A stretch of DNA of 64,000 nucleotides, taken from positions 1,292,832 to 1,356,831 of the forward strand of contig NW_002060943.1 in the NCBI RefSeq assembly GCF_000150275.1. Direction: 5' to 3'. The DNA comes from Trichoplax adhaerens. Lineage: Eukaryota; Animalia; Placozoa. Each line of letters begins with the position of its first letter. Position 1 is the first letter of the stretch. A program made the position numbers and the translations under genes. The notes beneath the pieces are model-generated. The model had not been told where the DNA came from. It ran no database searches and was given only the letters and a program-made list of their open reading frames with translations. Positions 12,535-26,525 of this stretch are shown piece after piece.

Positions 12535-14556
12535 ATGATATCAATTTAATATTACTGAAATATTTAAAAGTATTTGTGATTAGTATTGCTAGACTGGATT
12601 TATGTGTTATCAGACTGGAGTAGTGGATTCTGTCATTCTAAGTTTGTTCGTAAATTTGGTCACGTATTTCATAGTCATAGTTTGAGATGATGAACTACAG
12701 TCAACTTTGCAAATGAATAATGAAAAAATTAATGATAATATAGGATCTATTTAACGATAAGAAACTGTAGTAAAGGTGCTATAACAAGGCATTAAAGCAC
12801 AATTTAGGAATTCATTTAAAACATCGCGAACATAACAAATAGTTCGTTAAAATCGAAGAGATCTAAGTGGTTTCAAGATTACAGTTTCATATCCTTTACT
12901 GATAGCTTTATTTAAGCAATAGAATAGATGGCATTCCTTGAAGACGCTATAGGTTTTTAAGAGCAGAATGAAAACATAATGATTATAAGTTCAGTGTTTT
13001 TATCGTCGATTATAGGATAGAATAACGAATCAGATCGCATATTATATTTTATTGTTTTGCTGAAGTCGATTGTAGTGTATAACGAGATGTAATTTACTTT
13101 TTTGGATGATTCATTTAACCGGCGGAACCAGTACCAGCAGCTGATATACAGGATTACTTGCAATGTTGTGGGATGTAATGATTTTACATAATGTATGATA
13201 TAATAAAGTTTGACGGTATATTTTTGATATACTATGACATTATTTTTACCAACAGCGTATATTTACTGCAAATGGGTGCGTCATGGATGGACAGATGCTT
13301 TAATTTTTTATCTTTATGATACGTTACAGTATAATGAAAAATGAATAACTTGAAAACTAGTAAATAAATTTAAAATTTGGTTTAATCTAAGGTTACTTGA
13401 TCGTCTATACTTCAAAATATTTGACGTGCATATTGAAGTACAATTCAAATTTATGGCTCGATTCACGAGCATACCGCCATACTTCCATCGACTGTTCAAT
13501 TTTACTAACTGTATAAGAACTACTGCCCTTTGTAGTAGATCTATCACTAATTATAGCATGCACCAAAACTATGCTGCAAAACGCACGTAGCGCTAACTTT
13601 ATGTCTCACTCATTACTGCAATTAAATTAAACTCTAAAAAAGTTTCAACATGTCCTAATATTACGGATTTGCGAGTATAACAGCTCATTGAATTTTATTT
13701 TGCATAGCCAATTTTCAGTTGCTAAGAAATACTTTTATTGCGACATTTCCTACAATTTTACTCCTAACACGACAGTCATGTCATACAATGACGATACTTA
13801 AGGCGCATTTACTACATTACTAGACTCTATCTCGGCTTATTAAGACAAGACAGTAAATTGAAGTAGATGTCTGTTGCTATATGCACAAAACAATACACTG
13901 AAAGGATACTTGTATAAATTGTTTTAAATAATAGAATATAGGATTATGGACGGTGTATCTATAAAATACGCTATTCTCAATGGAATAAAGGGAGTAGGAA
14001 TAAAAGTTTTTAAGCCTGAAAATCTTATCATATTTTCGCGTGTTCACATGCGTTCTTAGTCTGTAGCAGTGAGGAACATGAAGTATTAAGTAGTGAGTAG
14101 GCTACAGTTTCTGCTCTATTTTATGTTGTAAATTTGTGAATTAGTCGGTGGATCACCAAATCATTAGTACTTTTTCCGCATAGGCTAGTAGTCGTCCCGA
14201 TCTTTGCATTGCTATTACGTTCTTTCTGATGTAACGAATAGGTAAATGACTTCTATAGCTATCATAGATAATCTAAGCTGTCTCTAAACAATTCATATAA
14301 TCAGCTCTACCTTTATGATATTAATCCCTAAACTACGGGCAAGGCGCTTTAGGTTGCTCCATCAATCAATTAATAGACAGTTTACCGCTCTAACTAATTC
14401 CCTAGGGTAAATAGCCGCCATAATTATTAAATCCGGGTCTGTCTACCCTAATCGGAATGCTTTTAATAATTGTAACACTATCAGACTTTAATTATCGCAT
14501 TTGTTCAAGAGATTCTATTATATATGAAATTCTTTACAGTAATATTTGCAATTGCA

Positions 14557-15853
14557 GGTCAATTGGTGATATTTTGGATAGAAAGAGAACGCTATCAATG
14601 TGTTTATCTATTAATGTACTTTTTACTATTCTGTCAGCGTTTTCTTATAATTATCAAATGTTAATTTTCATGGCCTTCTTTAACGGATTTGGAACAGGAG
14701 GAGTATTACCTGTAGCATCAGCTTATGTTATTGAATTCTTTCCTCGAAAGTATCGAGGTATGGCTGGATTTTCAGCTAATGAATATTGGGGTTTTGTAAT
14801 ATTTATGCCACGTTAACGGTGTTTTTTAATTAAAACCAAATCAATAGCAAATCCCTTTGGTAATATTGCTTTGACTGGTTGGCGTATTTTCACAATAGTT
14901 TGCGCTATGCCTCCGTTGATAGCATTAATCAGCTTAGCATTTATGCCGAATAGTCCTCGATTTCTAATTAAGCAAGGCAAATGAGAGAAAACATTAAGTG
15001 TAATAAATAGAATACATCGCATTAATAGCTACTGTTACAATAAGCATAGAAATCAATCATTGCGCATTAAACTAATAGATTTACCCACCGTAGATGATAT
15101 GCTAAATGATGTAGATGAAAATGAAGATAACGTTAAAGCTAGCTATTCATATTCTCAAATACAGCAATTTATGCGACGGTATGCAATCCTTTATCCATTA
15201 AAGTACAGTAAACGGACATTATTAATTACGACCTGGTTTTTATTCTGCTTTAGCATCTATGGGCTTTGGGTATGGTTACCAACCTATTTCTCGTCCTATA
15301 CTCATAGACAGAAATGTTCTCTCTCATCTCGTTTAAATCATACTAGCCATTATATAAGCACTTCACCACTAAATCAATTACTACCCTGTATAGAAAACGT
15401 CCGCAACACAGGCATGTACTGTAACGTATTACTAACAGCGCTATCGGCACTCCTTGTCGAAGCTATCTTCATACCTATTATTAGTATAGAAAAAAAACTA
15501 CTATTTAGTGTATTAGCTCTAGTAATTAGTATAAGTATGTTTTGTATTTGGTTAACCAATACATCAACAGTTATACTCGTATTTTCATGTTTATTTAGTG
15601 GTACATCTGGTGCTGCTTGGAATATAAGAAATGTTTGGACTTTTGAGTTATACTCTACATAATTATGATCAACCTTCAAAGGTTACAATCGTTTATGGGG
15701 TCAAATTAGTGGTATATTAGGAAACTACAATATTTAGTTTACTTCTACAAGTTGGCTGTAAGTTACCAGTTCCTATTGCTGGTATTTCATGTTTAATAGT
15801 AGCTATTTTTAGCTCTATCTCTGCCAGATACTACTACGGCAGATATCGATTAG
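14557..15853 (+). pseudogene. 5'-truncated, disabled paralogue of the 10861-12534 MFS gene
   Basis: Collinear with the intact copy from the GRLGD region to the C-terminus. There is a 1-bp deletion near 14795, CGA>TGA at about 14982, stops near 15660-15668 and further frameshifts. Confidence 0.88.
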
Positions 15854-17318
15854 CTGATTTTAGTCACCAATATAACAGTATTTTTCTAACTGCAGATAAC
15901 AAATGTTGAAAATTGTTTTGGAATTGAAGATGTTTAATAGGGTAATGATAAGTATCCCACTGGTAGCCAGGCCAAAAATTACTACAGTAATAATCTTTAT
16001 AGTCCATCATTGTAATTTTTGAGATGGTGTTACGGTTCATCATTACCGTAAATAAAAAAAAAAGATATTCATATTTTTCTAAAGTAGAGTTGTGATATGT
16101 CAAGTCGTTAATGGATTTCCATTAATGAATGTATGATGAAGATTGTCACACTTGATTAGTGAGTTGTTAAGTAACAAGTCTAGTTGATTTGTTAATTGGA
16201 GTAAGAGTGGTAAACACTCAATATTAATTTACAGATATTTATTCTATACTGACTATCATAAATGTATGTTATACAAAACCAAGTATATTGTAAATAGAAT
16301 TATGCCGATAGAAACTGGCACAGGTATATAAGAGCGTGCCTTTAATAATAGAAGGAGGTCTGATATTACATTGCCTAGTAGTATATTCTATCGCTCGAAT
16401 AAAGAGGATTTATGAAGTCATCTGGATATACTCATTGCTGAATAAGGTCGTATACTGAACTGGTCGAGTTAGTGAAGCTTATTAGCAACGGTATATTACG
16501 GTAGAGCGGTTACGCTAGGAATCAAATTAGTTACTTGTGTCACAGATGGATTTGTTATGAATTTAACTCTATAATGATTACATGATCTATTTTCAATCAA
16601 CTGAATATTAATGTAACAGCCTATATGAATTACGTAGATTTGATAAGATAATGCAGAGCAATTAAATTGCTCTTTTTAAGCAAGTTGCTATGTCAAATTT
16701 AACTGTAATGGATACAGCTCAGCGAAGTACCTTGGTGCCGTGTGATTGCTCTTACCTTAAAAATAGCTAGAGCGAAATTATATTGAAAATAATTTCACAT
16801 ATGATCCATTTTCCCTTGATATAATTTATTTGAATTCGCAAGTTCAAATTACATCAATTTATAGAATAAATCCAATATAAATTAAGCAAGGTAATGTTTT
16901 ATATTATTTGCATTGCATAATAATAAAGGCTATTGGAGGCATTAATAATGCCGTAGTCGAAGAAGTTTTTAAATTAATGAAATGATCCGTGTATTAGCAA
17001 GTTACAATTAGTCTAAAAGTTATCAGATTATGGAATAAATGAACCATAAATATGCGTATTTACTTAAGCTACAACAGTTGAAAAGGATAAATGATAGTTT
17101 TAAATAGTTTACACAATGCTAAAAAAAGCCGTGATTCGATTTCTATTTCGATATTCAAGCTTGATATCTAATCCTGAATTATCATACTAAATAATTATCG
17201 ATTTAAGAATCGATTTGTTAACAAATTAACAATTAAAGACTAGCTATTAAGAAGAGTTCTAAGTACTGTAGCTTTTCTAATCAAGTAAGATTTCTGGATT
17301 AGAAACTTCTTAACCTGT

Positions 17319-20300
17319 CTAGAATATCCCCTATAGATGTAAACAGATTACACATTTAGTACTTGATCATTTTTTATTGATATTAGCTGATTACCTTATC
17401 CTTATAATAAAACTACATAGATATTGTCTGTTACCTCCTGTTGTCCATGTTGATTTTCGAAGGCTACTGGAGTCTCTGCTATAGTAAAATAGTTAATAAC
17501 GAATTTTAATAAAAAGATAATATCTTTATAACTTTTAATATCACCATACCAGCGATAGCAGCCGACTACGTGAAAATTGCATAGAGCACAGTTTAGTTGC
17601 TAATATTGCTATCTACCTTTAGCTCGGGGAAGCAAATTCTGTTCTGGCGTTACACTTCTTAAGCTGTCGTTGTGATACGAAAATTAAAGTGAGTCAGGAT
17701 AGGATTCAAATATAGTCTACATAAAATTACAACAACAATTTTTTGATTTTATTTCTTACGTCTTCTTTTGGTTATGTTTGTACACAAAAACTGCTATCGC
17801 TACAATGACTAATACACCAACAACAGATCCCACAGCTATTCCAACGATTGTTCCCACTAAAATACAGATGAAAAACGTTAATACCAGCAATTAGATGATA
17901 ATCTATCGCAATATCATGCGTTAATATAGAATAATTATTTGTACGTGGTAACTGTTTAGACCAACATATTAAACTCACCACTAGTAGGCAAATTTTGACA
18001 GCGATTTCCCGAGACACCTTGCGTACAACTGCAGTTAAATAATACGTATTCAATTACAATACTTAATGTTCCATCCGTTACCAAAATATTCAAATTTTCC
18101 ATTGAAATATCTTAGCTTTTACTGATAGGGCTATAGTGTACTTACTTGCATTGTGCAGCACCATTAGAAGCGTAGCATGTACCTCCATTATTACAGGTAT
18201 TAGCGAAACAGACAACTGAAAAACGGGGAAAAAATGTTAATCATAACAGTGTAAACTTACATCAACATATCTAAGGTTATGCATAGATGGATAAATTACA
18301 TAAACAAATAGATAGATATCTTAAGAAAGATATATAGTATTTGTGAGTAATATTTATAATTATTTATGTACAGATATATAAGGGTTATACTATCCTAAGT
18401 TAGATTGCAATTTGAGAAAACATTGGTATATTATAGTTTGTAAAATTTCTGCTGACTTACGGGTGCAAGTTTTTCCATCACCCGCAGAGTGACTGTTACA
18501 AGCGCAGGTATAGGATCCATTGGTATTCGTGCATGTAGCGTTAACATGGCATGGCTTAACAGCAGCACTACATTCATTTAAATCTTAAAATAGAAAGCCA
18601 ATAAAAAAGACATACACAGTTATAAGACAGGTTTTCAATATAGACCTTATAAGTGCAAGAGAAAAGTTGCGAATTCTATTCTAACATTGAAAAAATTACT
18701 AAAATTCAGATTTATGTTTCCTTGACAGATGTTATTATTTAATCATAGATGAGAATTATCAAGGATTGATTTCTTTATCGTAAATCAAATGATTGTAACT
18801 AATATAAATATTTCTTACCAATGCATAGCTTAGAGGCGATATTAAATGTAAATCCCGCTCGGCAACTGCAATTATAGGAACCGACGGTGTTGGTACACTG
18901 CTGGCCTCCAGTACAATTGTTATACTGAGAGCTGGAGCACTCATTGAAATCTATTTGGATAATTAGAATCGAAATCGATGCAACAATTTTAGCACATATT
19001 AAAGTATATGATCACGATTGAATACAAAGATCGTTACCTGATACAGCAGAAGATTGTACATAATGATCACCGATTGGATTAGTGTCCAAAATAGACTTTA
19101 ACGTTGGTGTACCAAAGGTGTAATTTTGAAGCAATGTCAAGACAAAATCAATGATGATACTTCCTTGTCTATAAAGTAGTTATAATCAATAAATGAATAT
19201 TCTACTATCGGTAATTTTTAAGTTATTTAGGAATTAAATTTCGTATTATCAGTAGTTACTAAATCATTTTAAAGAATAGATAGAATACTACAGGGAATGT
19301 GAATGGGGCAAAGAAAGTGATAATTTTATGTATACATCTCAAGCCGACTAATGTCGCAAGAATGACGAAATAGTTTAGAAAATTTTTCCACTAACTCATG
19401 GCGATGAAAGGACATCTTAATATGTACCGATGAGCTAATACCATATACCGTCGCTGTATAGTTAGAGAAAAACATTAAATAAATAAATAAATTGATTTTT
19501 ACCTTAAATTAGTAATAGTTACAGCTTTGACAGTATTGCTGGTTCGAGTATCCCGTTGATATTGAAGTAATATCTAGGGTACATCAAAATAAATTCTTAT
19601 GTTCTGTAGATCATTCTTATAATCTTTAGTAGCTAAAAGGTATTAATCGTTAATAATCTAAGCTATAATTAACTCACATCATTTTGAAATTGTATTACTG
19701 CGCTCTTATAGGCAGTGCTAGTTTTATCATTGTATTGAGGATTAAATGTGCCATTTACGGTAGCAGTTACTTGGTAAGCATCGGCTCCTAATAATTATAA
19801 TCAAAAGGAAAGCGTTTATTAGGGAGAAAGCAGTAATTTCTAATTATTAGCAGGCGAATCCTGTTGTATAGATTATTATATATTAGCAGATAAATCAATG
19901 TTGTACAGATTATTATATTATACTCACGCTGGCAAGTTATGCCATCTTTGAGAGACTGGCTCAGGACTAATTGTTGATTTGGCGAATAAAGACCAGGTTT
20001 GCATTGGCAGTAATAACTTCCGTCATTGTTAATACAATCGGCAAGTTGGCCGCATGGCGTCCCGGTGCTGCATTCATTAATATCTATCATAAAGGATATC
20101 AAATACGTTCTAAATATATCCTGTCTACTTTAATAGAAAATTCTTAAACGAATGTATAGATTTGAATTTGTAGTTAGCAATCTAATAGATTTAACTAACC
20201 AGTACAAGTCTTGCCATTGCCCGTGTATCCAGCTTTGCATTGGCAGGTATAAGAACCGACAGTATTTTGACACGTTGCTTTAGCATGGCATGTACCAGGA

Positions 20301-23300
20301 ATATTGCATTCATTAATTTCTAGTCACAGATAATTTGAAATGTTACAGTAATAAGTTAACGGAATAGAAACTATGTCATTCTCAACCAGAATTGATTCAG
20401 TAATATCTGTCAAAAACCTGTGCAATTTCTGCTATTAGGATGGAGTTTGTAGCCTGCTGAACATTGACAATGAAATCCACCAATGGTATTATTACATATC
20501 ATTTGGCATAAATTATTGTTGGCTGTACATTCGTTAATATCTGTCCAAAATAAAATATTGAACACAATTTAATACTGCTTCAAATTTGTTTATTAATGAT
20601 CTGTTGATAAGTGAAATGTGAAGAAATCGTATAGATTAGCAGTGTTATTTCGAAGTCAACAATACGCAACTCATAGAAATTGTGGAAGCTAAGTAAACTA
20701 TCTTAATAAGTTATAGGTATTATCGATGTTTTGAAAATTTCTGAATTTTCCCTAACCTGCACAACTTTTTCCATCACTTTGTAAAGCGTATCCCTTCCTG
20801 CAAGCACAATAATCAGTTCCATTGCGCTGAACACAAATATGGCTACATGAGTTGGTTCCATTGCATGGAATAGTAACTACGTTGCCAATAAGGTCGATAT
20901 AAAAGAACGAATTTACATTTAGTGTGATATACCTTACGCGTACAGTGCTAAAAAATTGTTCAATAAATCATTTCTGTTTCATTTGATCTAAGATTATGCA
21001 AATTTATAGCACTATATAGAGAATTACTACGATCAAACTATTCATTCTAGGCGTTTTACCCTGTATTACTTATATCGTAGACCATAAATATGGTCATCAA
21101 AATTTTAATAGCTTCAATTTGTATGATTCAAAATTTCTAGTTAGAATAATAAGTAAACGATTACTTGTTATGTATATAGGCTAAATGGTATGATCTGGAT
21201 CTAAAAGACAAACTAATTTTTCGTTGTGATGACCTAGATAGTACTATATTCTAGCTATAATTAATTAGCCATCGTAAATTTTAATTATTTTAATTTTTTT
21301 ATCATACCATTGCAAGTTGAGTTGTCACTACTGAGAGTAAATCCGGGATCGCATGAACACTCGAAAGAACCAGGTAAATTTTGACAATTTTGCGAGCAAG
21401 TTTTTGGATTGAAACATTCATCAATATCTAGATGCAGTCAAAAATATCATATCAGCCTGGAAGGCTTAGCCATAGAAGGAATGACATCAAGGAATAAAAA
21501 TGCAATATCGCATTATCTTAAAAATAAAATTATTTGCAACTACCATCGCAAGCTTTTCCATTGGCGTTTAATCTATATCCGGGCTGGCAATCACAAATAT
21601 AGCTGCGGAAGGTATTGATACAAATTTGTTGGCAAGTATGAGTGGTAGAATTAGCACATTCGTCTATGTCAGTACAAATTCGACCATCTCCTGTAAGACC
21701 CGATGGGCAGCTACCGCATGTAAAGCCAGAAAGTGGCGCCTTATGATCGGTACAAGTAACATTTTCAAAGCATGGAGCTACAGAACAGCTATCGAAATCA
21801 ATGGTACAATGATCACCAGTCCAACCCTCTAGACACCTACATGGAACTTGCGATGCAAAGCCATCATCAACGAATTCAGCGCTAAAAGAAAGGTACAGTA
21901 ATCAACATTTAAATTTATCATTATGCAACCATTGAGCTCTATCCAATTTTAGTGTAGTCCATATCCCATTGCATAAAATCAATAAAGTATTGATATCGGT
22001 TACAAATTTCAATGTTATAGCAAATAGTTACGCTACCTGTAATCACATTGGCCTCCATTAGCACAGTGGCACATAATAACTTGTGCTGGTTGATAAATAC
22101 TAACAGCATCATTAGAATCCTTAGCTACAACTTGGATGCTAAAATTAGTATACTGGGTTACTGTCCATTGAAACTCATTTATTGCTTGATTAAGTGTCGC
22201 ATTATTTGGTAATTTAAGGGCATCAATTATAGTAGTGTCATCAGGATTTCGATCAGTAACGTTAAATATGAATTTTAACGTTTGGCCGAAAGTGACATTG
22301 AGAACAGCTGGTCCAACAATATCGGGTGGGAAATTTTCTATGGAAGCAAACATACAAGAGGTTAGAATAGGATTAAAATTATTATCAGATAAGTTAGTAG
22401 TTTGATACAGTAGAGAAAAGCTGGAAAGAAAATTGATAATCATATTATTGCATGATATCGTCGATAAGTCAATATCAATATTCATCTCATTTCCCACTTT
22501 TGCTCTTTACCTGCTTGTTTTTCAGCTGAATTGAAACTATCGACATTTTCTTTAGCTTGTACAGCCAGTTTGATATCTAACGTTTGACTAGCATCATATA
22601 AACAAGAAAGATCATTGCCACATGCTTGTTGAGCTTGTTGTAGTAATGCAGTGTTATCACCAAACAGTGCAGTAATATTGTCGCTAAAAACAGGCACAAA
22701 TGTTAAGTCAGTAAAATTTGCATGTGTAGTCCCAGGTGGATAGGTAAATAGGGATTGAGATTGACTAATTTGCCCTACAATAGATGGTCAAGAATAAGAA
22801 TATTAGCAGTCCATTGTCAACGATTGTATTAATAAAACTTTCTAGTTTGAAATAATGCTCTGCATGCCTCTATTCGATTTCAAGATTTAAAACATAACAG
22901 GAAATAATATGAGCAACTCATCAACATACATGCTTGTCCAAATTGGTAAAAGATTTGCGATTCTGTTGAATTAATCTCTACTACTGTATCATCAGGACGT
23001 GTAAAATCATCTTCCATATTACCATTCCATACACCCAACAATCCACGCGTTTGACCTCGATAAACTGTTGGAATGTTGACTGCGATATTAATCATACCAA
23101 CTAATGGTGTAACTTCTAAACTAACACCAGAGGAAAAGGCAACAATTAAGCTGCCATTCCTTGATAATGAAAGATCGACATTGTTGTATTCACGTGATAC
23201 GTTAACGCTTAAATTAGTCATGGCTAATGACATAGTACTATTAACAAGGATTGTAAAATTATTCGTTTCAAGGTCAAGTGTGCCTTGGATAATATCGGAG

Positions 23301-26300
23301 CCATTTTGCTTGGCTGAAAAAGCAGTGAAAACAGTTGCACTAGCGGATTGTGTTCCATTAACCAAAGCTCGAGCTGTTCTCGCTTGTACAACCAAGTAAT
23401 TGTTGTTGACATTGACTAAGGTATATTCTCCTAATCCATTAAACGTATATGTTTTTCCATCCAAAGTTTTAATATGAGGATCGCCCGCAAACCAAGCTAT
23501 ACAAGAAAAATACGAATCAAGTTCAACTTCATTCAATTTCAAGAATTCAAAAAAATTTAAAACAGGCGTAATTTCCGATTCAAACTATGTCATTCGCATG
23601 GCTTAAAAAAACAATCAAGTCATTTTCTAAGTTACTATAAGGCTGGAAATGCTTTTCCGATCAAACATAAAATTATAGCTATAACTCAGTAATATTATAG
23701 AATTTCAAAGTCTTAATCATTCCTGGTAGCTAACGTACGTCAATACGTTGATAAAACTGATTGAATAAAATTTTACGTTTTATTACGGACATGGCCAGAG
23801 TTATAAAACATGCTCAATGTGATTTAGAATAGTAAAATTTTAAAGATCTATCAATAGAAAACTAAATTATAGATGTGAAATGGAAAGGTTGAAATCTTAA
23901 AAACTCATTTATTGTAGGATAGGTACACTAGGAACCCTGAAATGCTTACTTCGTCTAGGTGGAATATAGCCTCGGCAACTACCACTCCTTCTTTTACTGT
24001 AATACAATCGGCATAATGGCGATTTTACACAACAGCTCAGATAGGCATCCTGATCAATATTTCGTAACTGTCTATTGGCGTAAGTTAAAGTTCCACCATC
24101 AGGCCAATTCTCGACTAAAGCACCGAAACGATTTCGTTGGAAAGAATAACAGCAGACTCTATGCATCTAATTTTGAATTGAAGGTTTACGGAAGTGGATA
24201 TAAGATATTTATAGTCAATCGATGGCTATCATATGGCTAACATCAGATATTAGAAGTAACCGACTTACCCGCTGTCTACGATCACCTAAGAACGAGCCTA
24301 TGGTTGGAGCTGCAAATCGAGTTTGTGCACATGGAAATCGAGCAACTCTACCCCAAAATGTAAATCGACGATCGAAAAACACCTGGATCCAACTGCACGG
24401 ACATGGTGATTGCATAAAGGAAGTATAGTAATTTAATGGATGCTGATTGAAGAACCAAGCTAAACATTTCTGTGAATGGCTAATGTGGTCACCGGCTGGA
24501 TCCAAGCGGAATGCCCATTGGCCCGTTTTATTCGTATTTCCAACTCTAGAATCAATTAAATATAGCTGTCGGCTGCCAGATCCTGCGATCTCATGATGGA
24601 TAGGTTTGCCAGCACCTTTCGCATAGCCTGTACGAGGCCTTCCATAGAAGTAGAAATAACGTGAGCGGGAATTAATCTTCCACCATTGCATACCTTCGTA
24701 CTCGTAATTCCACAGGGTAAACGTATTTTGGCCATTACTAACCAGAACGAGCTGAAAGGTGTTTGTCTACGATAGTTTTATTAGGATGAAAAGAGAGAAA
24801 TAAATTAAAGCCGTCCGTATCAATTCTAACGAAGAATGAATAATCTGCTGATATTATAAAATTAGACTACGATTTGATATAATTAATGCTACAACTATGC
24901 TTGGAATAAGGTGTGGAACATGATCATTCGACTTTATTTCTAGGAATATTAGCTATGGATAAATTAAGCTGTTTCCATCATATACTTAATAAATGGACTT
25001 ATAAGGGAATTTAGAGCATCTTCGCCCAACTTACAAAGCCGTAACTGTTATAATAATATGGATAGGGTGCTATTTTTGCCCAAGTAATAACGATGACACT
25101 GGTAGCAACAAAGTTAGGCACTTGAGTATGAAAATGACCAAACTCGGCTTCTACTTGTTGTGGGGTATGATTGGCAGCGTAAGCTTTCATCCTTTGCTGA
25201 AATTCATTAACATCTCTTGTTGCTTTATCTAACATAGCTTTAGACTGAGATGTTCTATCGAATGAATAATAGCCATGATAGTAAACTGTTGCATTTTTTG
25301 CTCGGTAATCTGCAGACATAAAGAATGGAGCTAGAAGAGGAAAGTAATAAGTACGAAATCGAGTTGGCCAAAATGTGCACCACTGAAATTTAAATGCAAC
25401 ATAACCATTGGAGCAAATCTGTAAAATGAAATCAGAATTTCAAGTTCAGATTCTAACGGATTATATCCATAATGTGATGGTACCTAGCATTGATAAGCTT
25501 AAATGAACAGGTAATAGGTGTTAATCATGGAGTATCAGTTACTATGACAGAATTAATTTAAGCAATAAACAGGGTAAATTTTGGTTAATACTTAACCTAT
25601 TTCATGATAATGATGAGTTAATTATTAAACTATACAGAAATGATGATTGTAAAGCTTTAGAACTATAACTTGCATCGATATGGAATAGAATTGCTATTAA
25701 TATGCGCTTCGATAGAAGGTAACTCAATCGATTTGTAGAAATAGGTTAAAAATATTTAACTGCTTTGTAAATTTTTCTTATTATAGTAATAATGTTAATG
25801 TAGACCAAATTGTCATTTTATAGATATTACGTTTGCAAATTCCATTTATTTTTTAGCTTTATTCACCGTAACTGCCTTAAGCTATTCTCAGGTTTTACTT
25901 ACTCGAAAGTTATTGTAATATTGATCCAGGAAATAGATTGGTGTTCGTAATTGGAAACGTTGTCCAGGAACAACACTCCAACGCGATTTGTATATCGATG
26001 CGTCTCCTTGAGATTTTCCATACGGATATAGCCTTGGTTCTGAAAAGATAGAGATGATTGCCAATTAATTCTAACCTATCCCAAACTTATATCAATTTTG
26101 TCATAGACATTAATTTACAATATACGAAATAAACTTAACGTGCAATTCTGATCATTCAAAGTATTGCAAAGCAGCACATTAGCCTATCGAAATAATATTC
26201 TATTCCAATTCTATTCCAATTTATTTCTACGACTTACGTCGAACTGGGGTTGGTTGTGGAGTAGTAGCAACTTGAGTCGGTGGAAGTGATATACTCGACA

Positions 26301-26525
26301 TCATCTTAGTTGAACTAGTTAAGCTAGTTGTTGCAATAATGATGCTAGTAGGTGATAATGATTGCGTAACTACTTCCACTATACTAGAAATAGATTCAAT
26401 CGAGGTAGTTATGCTTGTTGTAGGGGAATCAGTACTGGAGGTTGCCATAGTTTCAAAGCCCTTTACATCACTTGTCACAGTATTTAAACCATCGTTGGAT
26501 AATTCTATCTGGAGAGACATTTCCG
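17319..26525 (-). CDS. MUC4-like type I membrane mucin, exons 2 to about 26: short S/T stalk, NIDO, AMOP, vWD, Ig/cadherin-like module, 8 EGF, SEA, 3 EGF, TM, short tail
   Basis: Manual splicing gives LYPYG..GD (25903-26039), ICSNGY/LAPFF (25035-25418), [11 protein letters not shown] (24269-24766), AMOP-type [26 protein letters not shown] and v[26 protein letters not shown] (22930-23496). It continues with many DINEC/DIDEC Ca-EGF exons, SEA exons with RQGSIIIDF (about 19040-19790) and the TM segment [28 protein letters not shown] (about 17760-17856). The last small tail exons and the stop (..QEGIF*) are less certain. Confidence 0.88.
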
